A stretch of DNA of 64,000 bases from the NCBI GenBank assembly GCA_963726625.1, contig CAVSDA010000020.1:3508-67507 (forward strand). Direction: 5' to 3'. Within the stretch, counting starts at the first letter, position 1. The number at the start of each line of letters is the position of its first letter. The position numbers were made by a program, and so were the translations under genes. Origin of the DNA: an uncultured Actinomycetota bacterium (GTDB lineage: Bacteria > Actinomycetota > Actinomycetes > Propionibacteriales > Propionibacteriaceae). Below the pieces are notes generated by a model. The model had not been told where the DNA came from. It did no database searches and saw nothing but the letters and a program-made list of their open reading frames with translations. Shown here one piece after another: positions 52,673-64,000 of this stretch.

Positions 52673-53944
52673 GTGCTCGACCCCATTTTTCCGGCCCTTC
52701 ACATCCGCCCGCGGCGAGGCTGGCTGAACGACCCGAACGGCCTGTGCCGGGTCGACGGTCGCTACCACGTCTTCTTCCAGTACAACCCCCACGCGCCCGT
52801 CCACGGCGACGTGCACTGGGGCCACGTCAGCTCCACCGACCTGCTGCACTGGGACGAGCACCCGGTCGCACTGCGACCCCGCCCCGGCGACATCAACGCG
52901 GGCGGTTGTTGGAGTGGTTGCGTCACCGACGACGGCGGCGTACCCACCGCGGTGTACACCGCAGTCCCCGATCACGCCTGGAACGGCAGTGGTCGGGCTC
53001 GCCCGCTCCGACCGGACGCTGCTGGACTGGCAGCCCGAGCCCGAACCCGCTATCGGGACGCCGGACCGACCCGACATCTCCGAGGTGCGCGATCCGTTCA
53101 TCTTCTTCCACGAGGGCCGGCGGTACGCCGTGCAGGGCGCCGGTCGCCGGGAGGGCCCGCCCCAGCTGCTGGTCTACGACTGCGCGGACCTGCAGCACTG
53201 GATCGAGTTGGGCCCGTTGCTCACCGACGCCGATCCGGTGGCGGCCGAGGTCGCGCCGGCTCACATCTGGGAGTGCCCGAACCTGGTCCGGGTGGACGGC
53301 GAGTGGGTCCTGCTCATCTCGCTGTGGCGGTGGGAGCACAACACCCACCAGCTCGCCGGGGTGCGCTATCTGCTCGGAGATCTGGTCAGCGAGGGCGGCG
53401 GTCTGCGGTTCGAGGCCGCTTCCGGCGGGGTGCTGGACGAGGGTCCCGCGTTCTACGCTCCGCAGGCCATGCAGGACGGGCCGCGGGTGCTCCTGTGGGG
53501 CTGGGCGTGGGAGCTCGACCGCAGTCACGAGCAGGTCGTCGACGCCGGCTGGGCCGGTGCGCTCACCTTCCCGCGCGAGCTCTACCTCCGGGAGGGCAGG
53601 CTGGCGTCTCGACCAGCCGCCGAACTGACGGGACTGCGCTCCGGGGCGTTGGAGTGGACGTCCGGCGTGGGCCTGGCCGAGCCGGCCTTCGAGCTGGCGG
53701 CGGTCGGGCCGGTGGAGCTGCGGCTGGTCGACGGCGAGCGGGACGACCTGGTCGCCGAAGCGGCGGGCGAACCCGGGGAGGCCGCGCGCATCTTGGTCGA
53801 CGGCAGCGTGATCGAGACCTACAGCGGCGGGGTCACCCGCACCACCCGCGCCTACCCCACCTCGACCAGCCGCTGGGTCATCACCGGCGCCGCCGACGAC
53901 GTCACCGCGTACCGACTTGGCGGCACCGGCGCGCATCGGCCTGA
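52673..53944 (+). CDS. GH32 beta-fructofuranosidase (frameshift about 52985; 3' end uncertain)
   Basis: WLNDPNG, WSG, RDP, WECP and FYAPQ catalytic motifs. Confidence 0.9.
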   Translation: MLDPIFPALHIRPRRGWLNDPNGLCRVDGRYHVFFQYNPHAPVHGDVHWGHVSSTDLLHWDEHPVALRPRPGDINAGGCWSGCVTDDGGVPTAVYTAVPDHAWNGSGRARPLRPDAAGLAARARTRYRDAGPTRHLRGARSVHLLPRGPAVRRAGRRSPGGPAPAAGLRLRGPAALDRVGPVAHRRRSGGGRGRAGSHLGVPEPGPGGRRVGPAHLAVAVGAQHPPARRGALSARRSGQRGRRSAVRGRFRRGAGRGSRVLRSAGHAGRAAGAPVGLGVGARPQSRAGRRRRLGRCAHLPARALPPGGQAGVSTSRRTDGTALRGVGVDVRRGPGRAGLRAGGGRAGGAAAGRRRAGRPGRRSGGRTRGGRAHLGRRQRDRDLQRRGHPHHPRLPHLDQPLGHHRRRRRRHRVPTWRHRRASA

Positions 53945-54965
53945 TCACGCCCGCGGCGCCGGCCCGGTCGACTCGGCCGGCTCGAGCGCGCCGGCACGCA
54001 GCTGGGGCGGAGGCACCGGCCCGCCCTCCAGCTGGGCCACCAGGGCGTCGACGGCGAGTCGGCCCAGCTCGACGCCCGGTGAGGCCATGATGGTGAGGGT
54101 GGGAAAGCAGGTCACGGCGGTCGCCGGGGATGCGACGGCGCACATCACCGACATGTCCTCCGGAATGCGCAGGCCACGCCCGCGCAGGCCGGCCATCAGA
54201 CCGGACGCCGCCTGTTCGCCGCTGACGAGCACGGCGGTCGCTCCGGGTGCTGCGGCCAGCAGATCGGCGGCGCTGCGGCGCGCCGAGACGGCGTCCGGGC
54301 CGCAGTAGAACACCCGAGGAGTGAGCCGGCGCTCCGCGGTGAGGCGCCGGTAGGCGGCCTCCTGCCGGACGAACGGCCCGTACAGCCGATAGCTCTCGTC
54401 CTCCTGCTCACCGCACACCAACACGATCTCGCGATGCCCCAGCTGCTGCAGATGGTCGAGCGCCGCCTCGGTGGTCGCGTCGAAGTCGATGTCCACGTAG
54501 GCCAGACCGTCGGGGTCCCGGGTGCGTCCGATCAGCGCGAACGGGACCTGAGCCGCCGACAGGGCCGCGACCCGCCGGTCGTCCAGCTGGACCTCCATCA
54601 GCACCACACCGTCGACCAGTCGCTGGCCGACCAGGCTCATCAACTCGTCGCCGTCGTTGGCCACCGGCCAGACCACCAGGTGGTAGTCGGCCGCCTTGGC
54701 CCTGCGGGCCGCGCTGAGCACGAACTCCAGGCCCGACCGGTCGAGCGGATGCTCCTGGGCGGGATAGACCAGCGCGATGATCCGCGTACGCCGGCTGGCC
54801 AGCGCTCTGTGCGACGGAATTGCGCTGGAAGCCCAGCTCGACCATGGCCTGCTCGATCCGCTCGCGGGTCTCGGCCTTGACGGGCTTGGTGTTGTTGACC
54901 ACGAACGACACGGTCGCGATCGAGACCCCGGCACGCACGGCGACCTCACGCATGGTGACCGGCAT
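53945..54965 (-). CDS. LacI family repressor (frameshift about 54810)
   Basis: TMREVAVRAGVSIATVS HTH; sugar-binding domain with GLRIPEDMSV. Confidence 0.92.
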
Positions 54966-54997
54966 AGATCCTCCTCATCGCTCCTGCGGCGATCATA

Positions 54998-55113
54998 GTT
55001 AAGCGTTTTGCAGCTGCGGTCTTGACAGCCGGGCACCGGTGTAGCAAACTCGCCGTATCCCAGTTAACCGCTTAACTCGCCGCGGGCGTCAAGATCGCGG
55101 TTAAGCGCTTAAT
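54998..55113. promoter_or_regulatory. Divergent promoter with three LacI-type operators
   Basis: GTTAAGCGTTTTGC (54998), AGTTAACCGCTTAACT (55062) and TTAAGCGCTTAA (55101); TTGACA-17-CAAACT at 55022-55050. Confidence 0.85.
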
Positions 55114-55135
55114 CCCTGAGCAAAGGAGCTGTTCG

Positions 55136-56357
55136 ATGATCCCCAAGCGACTCGCAGCGGTGGCCGTGGCCACCGTTCTCGCCCCCCTGGCCCTGACCGC
55201 CTGCGGAGGGGGCGGCACACCGTCGGGCGGCAGTGCCCAGGTGAGCCAGCCTGAGCATCCTCGACTACTACAACAACGAACCCGACAAGACCTCGGTGCA
55301 GAAGGTCCTGGACGCGTGCGCCACCCAGCTCGGGGTGACCATCAACCGGGAGACCGTGCCCGGTGACACCCTGATCGCGAAGGTCCTCCAGCAGGCCTCG
55401 TCCAAGACGCTGCCCGACGTGTTGATGATCGACAACCCCGAGGTCAAGCAGATCGCCGCCACCGGCGCGCTCGCCCCGCTCGACGACTACGGCGTCACTG
55501 CCGACGGCTACGCCCAGGGCATCATCGACGCCTCGACGCACGAGGGCAAGCTCTACGGCCTGCAGCCGGTCACCAACACCATCGCGGTCTTCTACAACGC
55601 CGACATCCTGAGCGAGGCGGGCGTCGAGCCGCCGACCACGTGGGCCGAGCTCCGCACCGCAGCGAAGGCCCTGACCAAGGACGGCCAGTACGGTTTCGCC
55701 TTCAACGCCACCAACGACTACGAGGGCGCCTGGCAGTTCCTGCCGCCGATGTGGACCAACGGAGGCGACGAGACCGACCTCACCTCGCCGCAGGTGGCCG
55801 GCGCACTCCAGCTCTGGAAGGACCTCATCGACGACGGCTCCGCGTCGAAGAGCGTCGTCAGCTGGGGCCAGGGCGATGTCGCGGACCAGTTCATCGCCGG
55901 CAAGGCCGCGATGATGCTCAACGGCCCGTGGAACATCCCCAAGCTGGAGCAGAGCAAGGATCTGAAGTTCGGGGTCGTCACCTTCCCGGTCAACGAGCCG
56001 GGCCAGACTCCGGTGGCTCCCCTCGGCGGCGAGGCGTGGACCGTACCGGTGACCGGTGACGAGGCCAAGCAGAAGAAGGCCGCGGAGTTCGTGCAGTGCC
56101 TCAATTCCGACGAGCACCAGCTGCAGTGGGCCAAGGACCGTCAGGTGGTGCCGACCAAGACCGCTCTGGCGACCCAGTTCGCCACCGAGGTCCCGGCGAT
56201 GAAGGCGTTCGTGGACCAGGTCGCCACCGCCCGCAGCCGCACCGGCAAGCTCGGCGAGCAGTGGCCGGACGCCGCCAAGACCATCTACACCGGCGTCCAG
56301 CTGGTCCTCACCGGCCAGGCCTCGCCCGCCGAGGCGATGGCCAAGGCCGGCGCCTGA
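55136..56357 (+). CDS. Sugar ABC transporter substrate-binding lipoprotein (frameshift about 55245)
   Basis: AAGGAG RBS; lipobox LTAC; GKLYGL, FYNADIL and GKAAMMLNGPW motifs. Confidence 0.92.
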
Positions 56358-56385
56358 CCGGCCCGGCGGAGGAGAGGACGACACG

Positions 56386-57352
56386 ATGCCGCTCACAGCC
56401 GCGGCCACCCGCGACCCGCTCACCGACCAGGCCACGATCACCGATCCTCCGCCGGCCCGCAGGTCGGGTCGGCGGAAGGAGCAACTGGCGAAGCTCGCCT
56501 TCGTCGCTCCGGCCGGCCTGGCCATGACCCTGCTCTTCGGCTACCCGGTGGTGAAGAACCTGCTGATGAGCTTCCAGGACTACACGCTGAAGACGTTCTT
56601 CACCGGCGAGGCCCCCTTCGTCGGCCTGGCCAACTATCTGACCGTCATCGGCGATCAGATCTTCGCCAAGGCGATGGTCAACACCGCGCTGTTCACTCTG
56701 GGCTCGATCCTCGGCCAGTTCGTGGTGGGTCTGTTGATCGCGCTGTTCTTCCACCAGAACTTCCCGCTCAGCGGGGTGCTGCGGGCGCTGCTGCTGCTGC
56801 CCTGGCTGATCCCGCTGATCGTCTCGAGCGCGGTCTGGCGGTCCATCCTCGACCAGGACAGCGGCATCCTGAACCACGCCCTGGGGTCCCTGGGGATCAT
56901 CGACGCACCGATTCCGTGGCTGGTCTCCCCCGATGTCGCCCTGATCGCGGTCGTGGTGGTGAACATCTGGGTCGGCATCCCGTTCAACGTCACGCTGCTC
57001 TACAGCGGGCTGCAGGACATCCCGGAGGAACTGTACGAGGCGGGGGCGCTGGACGGCGCCACCGGCTGGAAGGCCTTCTGGCACATCACCTGGCCCAACC
57101 TTCGTGCCGTCGTGGGCGTGGTGCTGGTGCTCGGGTGTGGTCTACACGCTGAAGGTGCTCGACATCATCCTCGGCCTGACGGGCGGCGGGCCTGCCAACG
57201 CCACCCAGACGCTGGCCACGCAGTCCTACCAGCGCTCCTTCGTCGACTTCAAGTTCGGCGAGGGCGCGGCCTTCAGCAACATCTTGATCATCATCTCGCT
57301 GGTCTTCGCAGTCGTCTACCTGCGCAGCACCCGGCGCGCGGTGGACGAGTAG
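56386..57352 (+). CDS. Carbohydrate ABC permease (frameshift about 57137)
   Basis: LQDIPEELYEAGALDGA EAA motif; LTGGGPANAT in the next frame. Confidence 0.9.
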
Positions 57353-57361
57353 GAGACGACC

Positions 57362-58240
57362 ATGACCACCCTGTCCGTAGCTTCCGGCCCGTCCGACCAG
57401 GCCGCTCCGCCCTCGACGAGGGGGCTGTCGAAGTCCGGCGGCACCCGGCTCGCCAAGACGGTGATCGGCATCGTCCTGCTGGCGCTGATGCTGTTCCCGC
57501 TCTACTGGATGCTGAACGCGTCCTTGCAGCCCACCGGCAACACCCTCAGCGCCAGCTTCCTGCCGCTCGACCCGAGCTTCGACGGCTACCGGCGGGCCCT
57601 GAGCGAGCAAGGGCCGAACCTGATCACCAGCCTGATCATCGCCATCGGGACGGTCGTGCTCACCCTGACGATCGCCACCCCGTGCGCGTACGCCCTGGCC
57701 CAGTTCCGCTTCCGCTGGGTCGGCCTGGCGCTGCTGGCCATCCTGATCTCCCAGATGATCCCCGGCATCGTGATCGCCAACGCCCTGTACACCGCGTACG
57801 AGCGGCTCGGGCTGCTGAACTCGATCCCCGGACTGGTGATCGCCAACAGCACCCACGCCATCCCGTTCGCCATCTTGATCATGCGCTCGTTCATGCTCGG
57901 CGTGCCGCCGTCGATCGTCGAGGCGGCCCGGGTCGACGGCGCCGGCCTGTTCCGCGCCTTCTGGTCGATCGTGGTGCCGGTCAGCCGGAACTCCCTGATC
58001 ACCGCCGGCCTGTTCACCTTCCTGTTCGCCTGGAGCGACTTCCTGTTCGCGCTCACCCTGACCACCAAGGGCGACGTCCGGCCGGTCACCCTCGGCATCT
58101 ACACCTACCTGGGCACGCAGGTGCAGAACTGGGGCGCGGTGATGGCGACCGCCGTGCTGTCGGCGATCCCGGCCGTCCTGCTGCTGATCCTCGCCCAGCG
58201 CTACATCGCTGCCGGAGCCACCGGCGGAGCCGTCAAGTAG
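57362..58240 (+). CDS. Carbohydrate ABC permease
   Basis: IVEAARVDGA EAA motif; C-terminal GATGGAVK. Confidence 0.93.
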   Translation: MTTLSVASGPSDQAAPPSTRGLSKSGGTRLAKTVIGIVLLALMLFPLYWMLNASLQPTGNTLSASFLPLDPSFDGYRRALSEQGPNLITSLIIAIGTVVLTLTIATPCAYALAQFRFRWVGLALLAILISQMIPGIVIANALYTAYERLGLLNSIPGLVIANSTHAIPFAILIMRSFMLGVPPSIVEAARVDGAGLFRAFWSIVVPVSRNSLITAGLFTFLFAWSDFLFALTLTTKGDVRPVTLGIYTYLGTQVQNWGAVMATAVLSAIPAVLLLILAQRYIAAGATGGAVK

Positions 58241-58323
58241 CCCGCCCGGGTCCTCGACCACCTAGGGTCCAGGCCCGCAGAAGTCGCCCACAGAGAAACC
58301 ACGTACACAGAAAGTAGCCGACC

Positions 58324-59148
58324 ATGTCCACCACCACGCCCATCCGCGTCCTCGTCTGGGGCGAGAACCGCCACGAGCAGATCGAGCCGCACGTCGCCGC
58401 CCGCTACCCCGACGGCATGCACGCCACCATCGCCGAGGGGATCGCCGAGCACCTCGGCTCCGGCGCCGTGGTCAGCACCACCACCCTCGACGAGCCGGAG
58501 CACGGTCTGACCGAGGAGGTGCTGGTCGGCACCGACGTGCTCGTCTGGTGGGGCCACGCGGCGCACGACGAGGTCGCCGACCACGTGGTCGAGCGGGTGC
58601 ACCGGCACGTGCTCTCCGGGCTCGGCCTGATCGTGCTGCACTCGGGCCACTGGTCGAAGATCTTCGGCAAGCTGATGGGGACCACCTGCACCCTGCGGTG
58701 GCGCAGCGAGCAGGACCGGGAGCTGGTCTGGACCGTCGACCCGACCCACCCGATCGCCCGCGGCGTGCCGAACCCGATCGTGATCGACGCGCAGGAGATG
58801 TACGGCGAGACGTTCGACATCCCCGCCCCGGACGAGCTGATCTTCATCTCCTCCTTCAGCGGAGGTGAGGTGTTCCGCTCGGGCTGCACGTTCCGGCGCG
58901 GCCACGGCAAGATCTTCTTCTTCTCCCCCGGCGACCAGGACTACCCGGTCTACCACCACGCCGACGTGCGCAGAGTGATCGCCAACGGTGCCGAGTGGGC
59001 GCGGTCGGATCTGCCCGAGCGGGCCATCCCGACCCTGCTCCGCTACGACACCGAGGACTTCTTCAACGGGCACGGGTACACGGGGGCGATCGAGACGGGT
59101 CGAGCGTCGACGGGCGAGCTCGCGGCGCTGGAGCCGAGCGATGCCTGA
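58324..59148 (+). CDS. thuA: ThuA (trehalose utilisation) domain protein
   Basis: [34 protein letters not shown] and GGEVFRSG motifs. Confidence 0.9.
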   Translation: MSTTTPIRVLVWGENRHEQIEPHVAARYPDGMHATIAEGIAEHLGSGAVVSTTTLDEPEHGLTEEVLVGTDVLVWWGHAAHDEVADHVVERVHRHVLSGLGLIVLHSGHWSKIFGKLMGTTCTLRWRSEQDRELVWTVDPTHPIARGVPNPIVIDAQEMYGETFDIPAPDELIFISSFSGGEVFRSGCTFRRGHGKIFFFSPGDQDYPVYHHADVRRVIANGAEWARSDLPERAIPTLLRYDTEDFFNGHGYTGAIETGRASTGELAALEPSDA

Positions 59149-60177
59149 ACCGGTACGCCTGGTGCAGGTCGGCGCCGGCGCCATGGGCCAGGCGTGGCTG
59201 CGAACCATCGCCGCCAGCCCGGACGTGGTGCTGGTCGGGCTGGTCGACCTCGACGCCGACGTCGCCCGCCGAGCCGCGGCGGACCACGGACTCGGTGACG
59301 TGGCGATCGGCACCGATCTCGGCGCCGTGCTGGCCGAGGTCGACGCGGACGGGGTGGTCAACGTGACGGTGCCCCGGGCGCACCGGGAAACCAGCGAGGT
59401 CGCGCTCGCGGCCGGGGTGCCGGTGTTGTGCGAGAAGCCGCTGGCCGACACCGTCGCGGCGGCCTGGGCGATGGTCGAGGCCGCCGAGCGCGCCGGCCGG
59501 CTGCTGATGGTGTCCCAGTCGCGGCGCTACTGGCGCAACCTGGTCGCGTACCGGCGGCAGATCGAGCAGATCGGCCCGGTCGGTACGGTGGCCTGTCAGT
59601 TCTTCAAGGCGCCGCACTTCGGCGGGTTCCGCGAGCAGATGGCGGAGCCGCTGCTGGTCGACATGGCCATCCACCAGTTCGATCTGGCCCGGCTGCTGAT
59701 CGGCGCCGACCCCGTGACGGTCAGCTGCGACGCGTACAACCCGTCGTGGAGCTGGTTCGCCGGCAACGCGGCTGCCGAGGCCGAACGTTCGCGTTCGCCG
59801 ACGGCAGCCGGTTCAGCTTCAGCGGCAGCTGGTGCGCGCCCGGGGCGGAGACGTCGTGGAACGGGTCGTGGCGGGTCAGCGGCGCCGGCGGAACGGCGAC
59901 CTGGGACGGTGACCACCTGCCCGACGGCGGTCCTGGCCGACGGGAGCGCGCTGACGCCGGGGTGGTCGGCGACGGCCGGAGGAGATCGCCGGCTCGCTGG
60001 CGGAGTTCGTCACAGTGCCTGCGTACCGGGGCGCGACCCGACTCGGCCGCCGACCGCAACATCGTCAGCCTGGCGATGGTCGAGGGCGCCGTCAGGGCTG
60101 CGGCCGAGCAGCGGACGGTGGCGATCGCCGATATTCTCACCGCCGCCGGATCGATGCATAGCGTAGCTATGCACTGA
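59141..60177 (+). CDS. Gfo/Idh/MocA oxidoreductase (several frameshifts in the 3' half)
   Basis: GAGAMG, CEKP, SQSRRY and DMAIHQFD motifs. Confidence 0.85.
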
Positions 60178-60259
60178 CGACGACACCCCAGAGTCGCGGC
60201 AAAGGTCCGCACGATCTTCTGCGACTGCGTCGTCCACAGCCCTCAAGTCTCATCCACAG
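60155..60259. promoter_or_regulatory. Structured intergenic region: palindrome, imperfect hairpin and two TCCACAG direct repeats
   Basis: TGCATAGC-GTA-GCTATGCA (60155-60173); GACGACG...CGTCGTC hairpin (60176-60234); TCCACAG at 60233 and 60253. Confidence 0.5.
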
Positions 60260-60307
60260 ATCTGCCAAGGAGCGGACGATCGCCGTCGCGATCAACACAC
60301 TCCTGAT

Positions 60308-61279
60308 ATGCAACGTCGTCAGATGGTTCCCGCCGCCCTGCTGCGGCTCGCAGATGCGCAGGCGGGCGTCGTCAGCCGTGGCCAGGCACTCGACGCAGGC
60401 GTCAGCCGCCACGTCATCACCCGGCTGGTCGAGTCAGAAGCCTGGCTGCGGCTGGGGCGCGGCGTCTTCCTCACCCGGCCGACGACGCCGGACTGGGATG
60501 CGCTGGCCTGGGGCGGCGTGCTGCTTGGCGGCCCGCTCGCCAGGCTCGGACCGGAGTCCTCGGCCTTCCTGCACCGCCTCTCCGAGAAGCCGCCCGACAT
60601 GGTCGACGTGCTCGTCGATGCAGAGCGGGAGGTCGCCGTCGCAGGGCCATGGCGCTTCATCCGGGAGCGTCCGGGTGCTCGATCGGGTCGCTCTGTCGGG
60701 GCACCTCCGCGCCTGAGCGTCGAAAGCACGGTGATCGACCTGTCCAACATCCGCGAGCAAGGCGCGGTGGTGGGACTCGTGACGACGGCAGTTCAGCGCC
60801 GGCTCACCACCGTCGAGCGGCTGAGACGCGAGGCGGCGGGTCGCAGTCGGCTGCGCCACCGTCGGCTCCTGGACGAGGTCCTGGCCGACGTCGACGAAGG
60901 TGCTCAGTCACCGATCGAGCGGGGATACCTGCGCGACGTCGAGCGGCCGCACAGGTTGCCGCAGGGGAGGCGCCAGCAATCTCGCTCAGGCCTGCGCTAC
61001 CAGACAGATGTCGACTACGACCGATATCCGCTCGTCGTCGAACTCGACGGCCGCGCGGGCCACGAAGCCACCGGGGTCTTCCGAGACATGGAGCGCGACA
61101 ACAGACACGCACTCAGCGGCGCGATGACGTTGCGCTACGGCTGGTTCGATCTGGTGCACCGGCCCTGCGCCGTCGGTTTCCAGGTCTGGACCGCATTGCG
61201 CGTGCTCGGGTGGGCCGACGACTTCACTCGTTGCCGGCGATGCTCCCGCGTCCCGCTCGGCGATCTCGCAAGAGCGTGA
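60308..61279 (+). CDS. AbiEi-type HTH plus DUF559/Vsr-like nuclease-domain protein
   Basis: Q.GVVSR.QAL..G and W.RL.RGVF N-terminal motifs; S..E, VVELDG..GH and D.ERDN......TLRY.W C-terminal motifs. Confidence 0.85.
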   Translation: MQRRQMVPAALLRLADAQAGVVSRGQALDAGVSRHVITRLVESEAWLRLGRGVFLTRPTTPDWDALAWGGVLLGGPLARLGPESSAFLHRLSEKPPDMVDVLVDAEREVAVAGPWRFIRERPGARSGRSVGAPPRLSVESTVIDLSNIREQGAVVGLVTTAVQRRLTTVERLRREAAGRSRLRHRRLLDEVLADVDEGAQSPIERGYLRDVERPHRLPQGRRQQSRSGLRYQTDVDYDRYPLVVELDGRAGHEATGVFRDMERDNRHALSGAMTLRYGWFDLVHRPCAVGFQVWTALRVLGWADDFTRCRRCSRVPLGDLARA

Positions 61280-61312
61280 GGGATCGTGCCCCGACTACGC
61301 GGCACGATTCCC
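61280..61312. repeat. Hairpin immediately after the stop codon (REP-like or bidirectional terminator)
   Basis: GGGATCGTGCC-10 nt-GGCACGATTCCC; no U-tract. Confidence 0.6.
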
Positions 61313-61407
61313 CACCATCTTTGGCGCTGCGGCGCTCACTGTTACGCCCGCCGCAAGGGACATGGACCTGAGCGGCATCCCCAGGGTTCCGTGCTGCCCG
61401 CGCGCCG

Positions 61408-62844
<1,437 letters not shown>

Positions 62845-63019
62845 TCAACCGGACTCGGATCCGCACCTCGGCTATCCCTCGTACGGCCGGCCGTGTTGAG
62901 CACGCAACGGGGTCACCCGGTTGGCCCGGGCATGCTCGGCGGCATGAGCCCGGGACCGGGCAACTCCAGGAGTGAAGGGTGGAGTTCGCTCTGCCGGACC
63001 AGATGAGCGACGATGCTGA

Positions 63020-64000
63020 TCAGGTCGTGCTCGGCGAAGCCGGCCCGGGTGCGGCTGTGAAACTGGCGAGCGCCGACGCGGCGACAGGGGCGGACACACC
63101 AGCGTCGGACGCCGTCGAGACGACCGCTTCCAGGTCCTTGCGCACTCCGGCGACCGGGAAGCCGACAGTGACCTGCTCGCCGTCGAGCTCGGCCAGCAGT
63201 GCCTCCGCCCGGTCACGCAGCACCGGCGGCGCGCCGTGCGAGTCCAGGATGACGTCCAACATCGTGTCGGCCGGCAACCCGAGTTGGCGACCCACCGCGA
63301 ACGCCTCGGCCAGGGCCGCAAAGTAGCCGCCGACCGAATGCATGAGGACGAGCTTCATCGTCACCCCGGAGCCGACCGGTCCCAGATGCGCGACCCGCCT
63401 GCTGATCGCGTCGAGCACGGGTCCGGCCCGCGCGAGGTCGGCATCTTCGGCCCCGGCGAGCACCAGCAGCCGGCCGGCCAAGGCCGCGGCTGGGGGCCCG
63501 ACCAGTGCGGCATCCATCAGTCGCAATCCGCGCGCGAGGGTCGCATCGCGCAGCGCAAGGCTCGTCGCGGTACGGATGGTGCTCATCTCGACCAGCAGGA
63601 CATCGCTGCCCGTGGCGGAGAACAGTCCGCTCTCACCCAGGTAGACCTCCCGCGCGGCGCGTTCGTCGAACAGCGGGGTCAGCACCACGTCGGCCAGATC
63701 CGCCACCTCGGCGGGACTCGCCGCCCACTCGGCTCCGGCCGCCAGCAGCCCCGCGGCTTTGGCCTCCGTCCGGTTGTGCAGCACCAGCGGGTGTCCCGTG
63801 CCGAGCAGTCGATGCCCGATCGCCTCGCCCATCCGTCCGATCCCGACCAGACCGACCCGCGTCGGTCGGGACGTGTCGTCAATCGCATTCGCCGGCTCGC
63901 TCGCGACGCCTGCGGTCTCGCCCTGCGCCGCGGTCCGGGCCTGCGTGGATATCGCGCGAGTGTCCGCGGTGGGCCGAGCGGCAGCCGGGCCGTCTTCGTG
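63020..64000 (-). CDS. NAD(P)-dependent oxidoreductase, 3-hydroxyisobutyrate dehydrogenase family (start uncertain; frame open to window edge)
   Basis: VGLVGIGRMG Rossmann motif; HNRT, EMST and G..GSG..MK motifs. Confidence 0.85.
   Translation of the reverse strand, partial: HEDGPAAARPTADTRAISTQARTAAQGETAGVASEPANAIDDTSRPTRVGLVGIGRMGEAIGHRLLGTGHPLVLHNRTEAKAAGLLAAGAEWAASPAEVADLADVVLTPLFDERAAREVYLGESGLFSATGSDVLLVEMSTIRTATSLALRDATLARGLRLMDAALVGPPAAALAGRLLVLAGAEDADLARAGPVLDAISRRVAHLGPVGSGVTMKLVLMHSVGGYFAALAEAFAVGRQLGLPADTMLDVILDSHGAPPVLRDRAEALLAELDGEQVTVGFPVAGVRKDLEAVVSTASDAGVSAPVAASALASFTAAPGPASPSTT

Noticed and set aside
60308-61279. Type IV toxin-antitoxin system
   Set aside because: No AbiEii-like nucleotidyltransferase gene is adjacent; the neighbours are an oxidoreductase and purA

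Overview
High-GC actinobacterial chromosome segment; gene content and order suggest Propionibacteriaceae/Nocardioidaceae (inference). The backbone is de novo purine biosynthesis, all on the - strand (purM, purF, purL, purQ, purS, purC, purB, purD, purA). Interleaved with it are: a metal-homeostasis cluster next to tRNA-Asp/tRNA-Phe; a SigK/RskA-like pair; a tandemly duplicated ndh with an artefact-like junction; a purine-catabolism block; a DUF6394-like gene plus RCK potassium channel; a lipoprotein/secreted-protein pair; two ABC exporters; a LacI-controlled GH32/ABC/ThuA sugar locus; and an AbiEi-HTH/DUF559-like gene flanked by hairpins. About 20 genes, including purM and purS, carry single-base frameshifts, most consistent with long-read indel error. 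No CRISPR, prophage, integrase or transposase was seen. The strongest lead is the purine-catabolism block: an NCS2 transporter fused to an apparently inactive OHCU-decarboxylase domain, followed by a 25-codon uricase relic. The block has paired TTCC-N7-GGAA sites and is bracketed by two REP-like hairpins. All family assignments are by motif recognition, without database searches.
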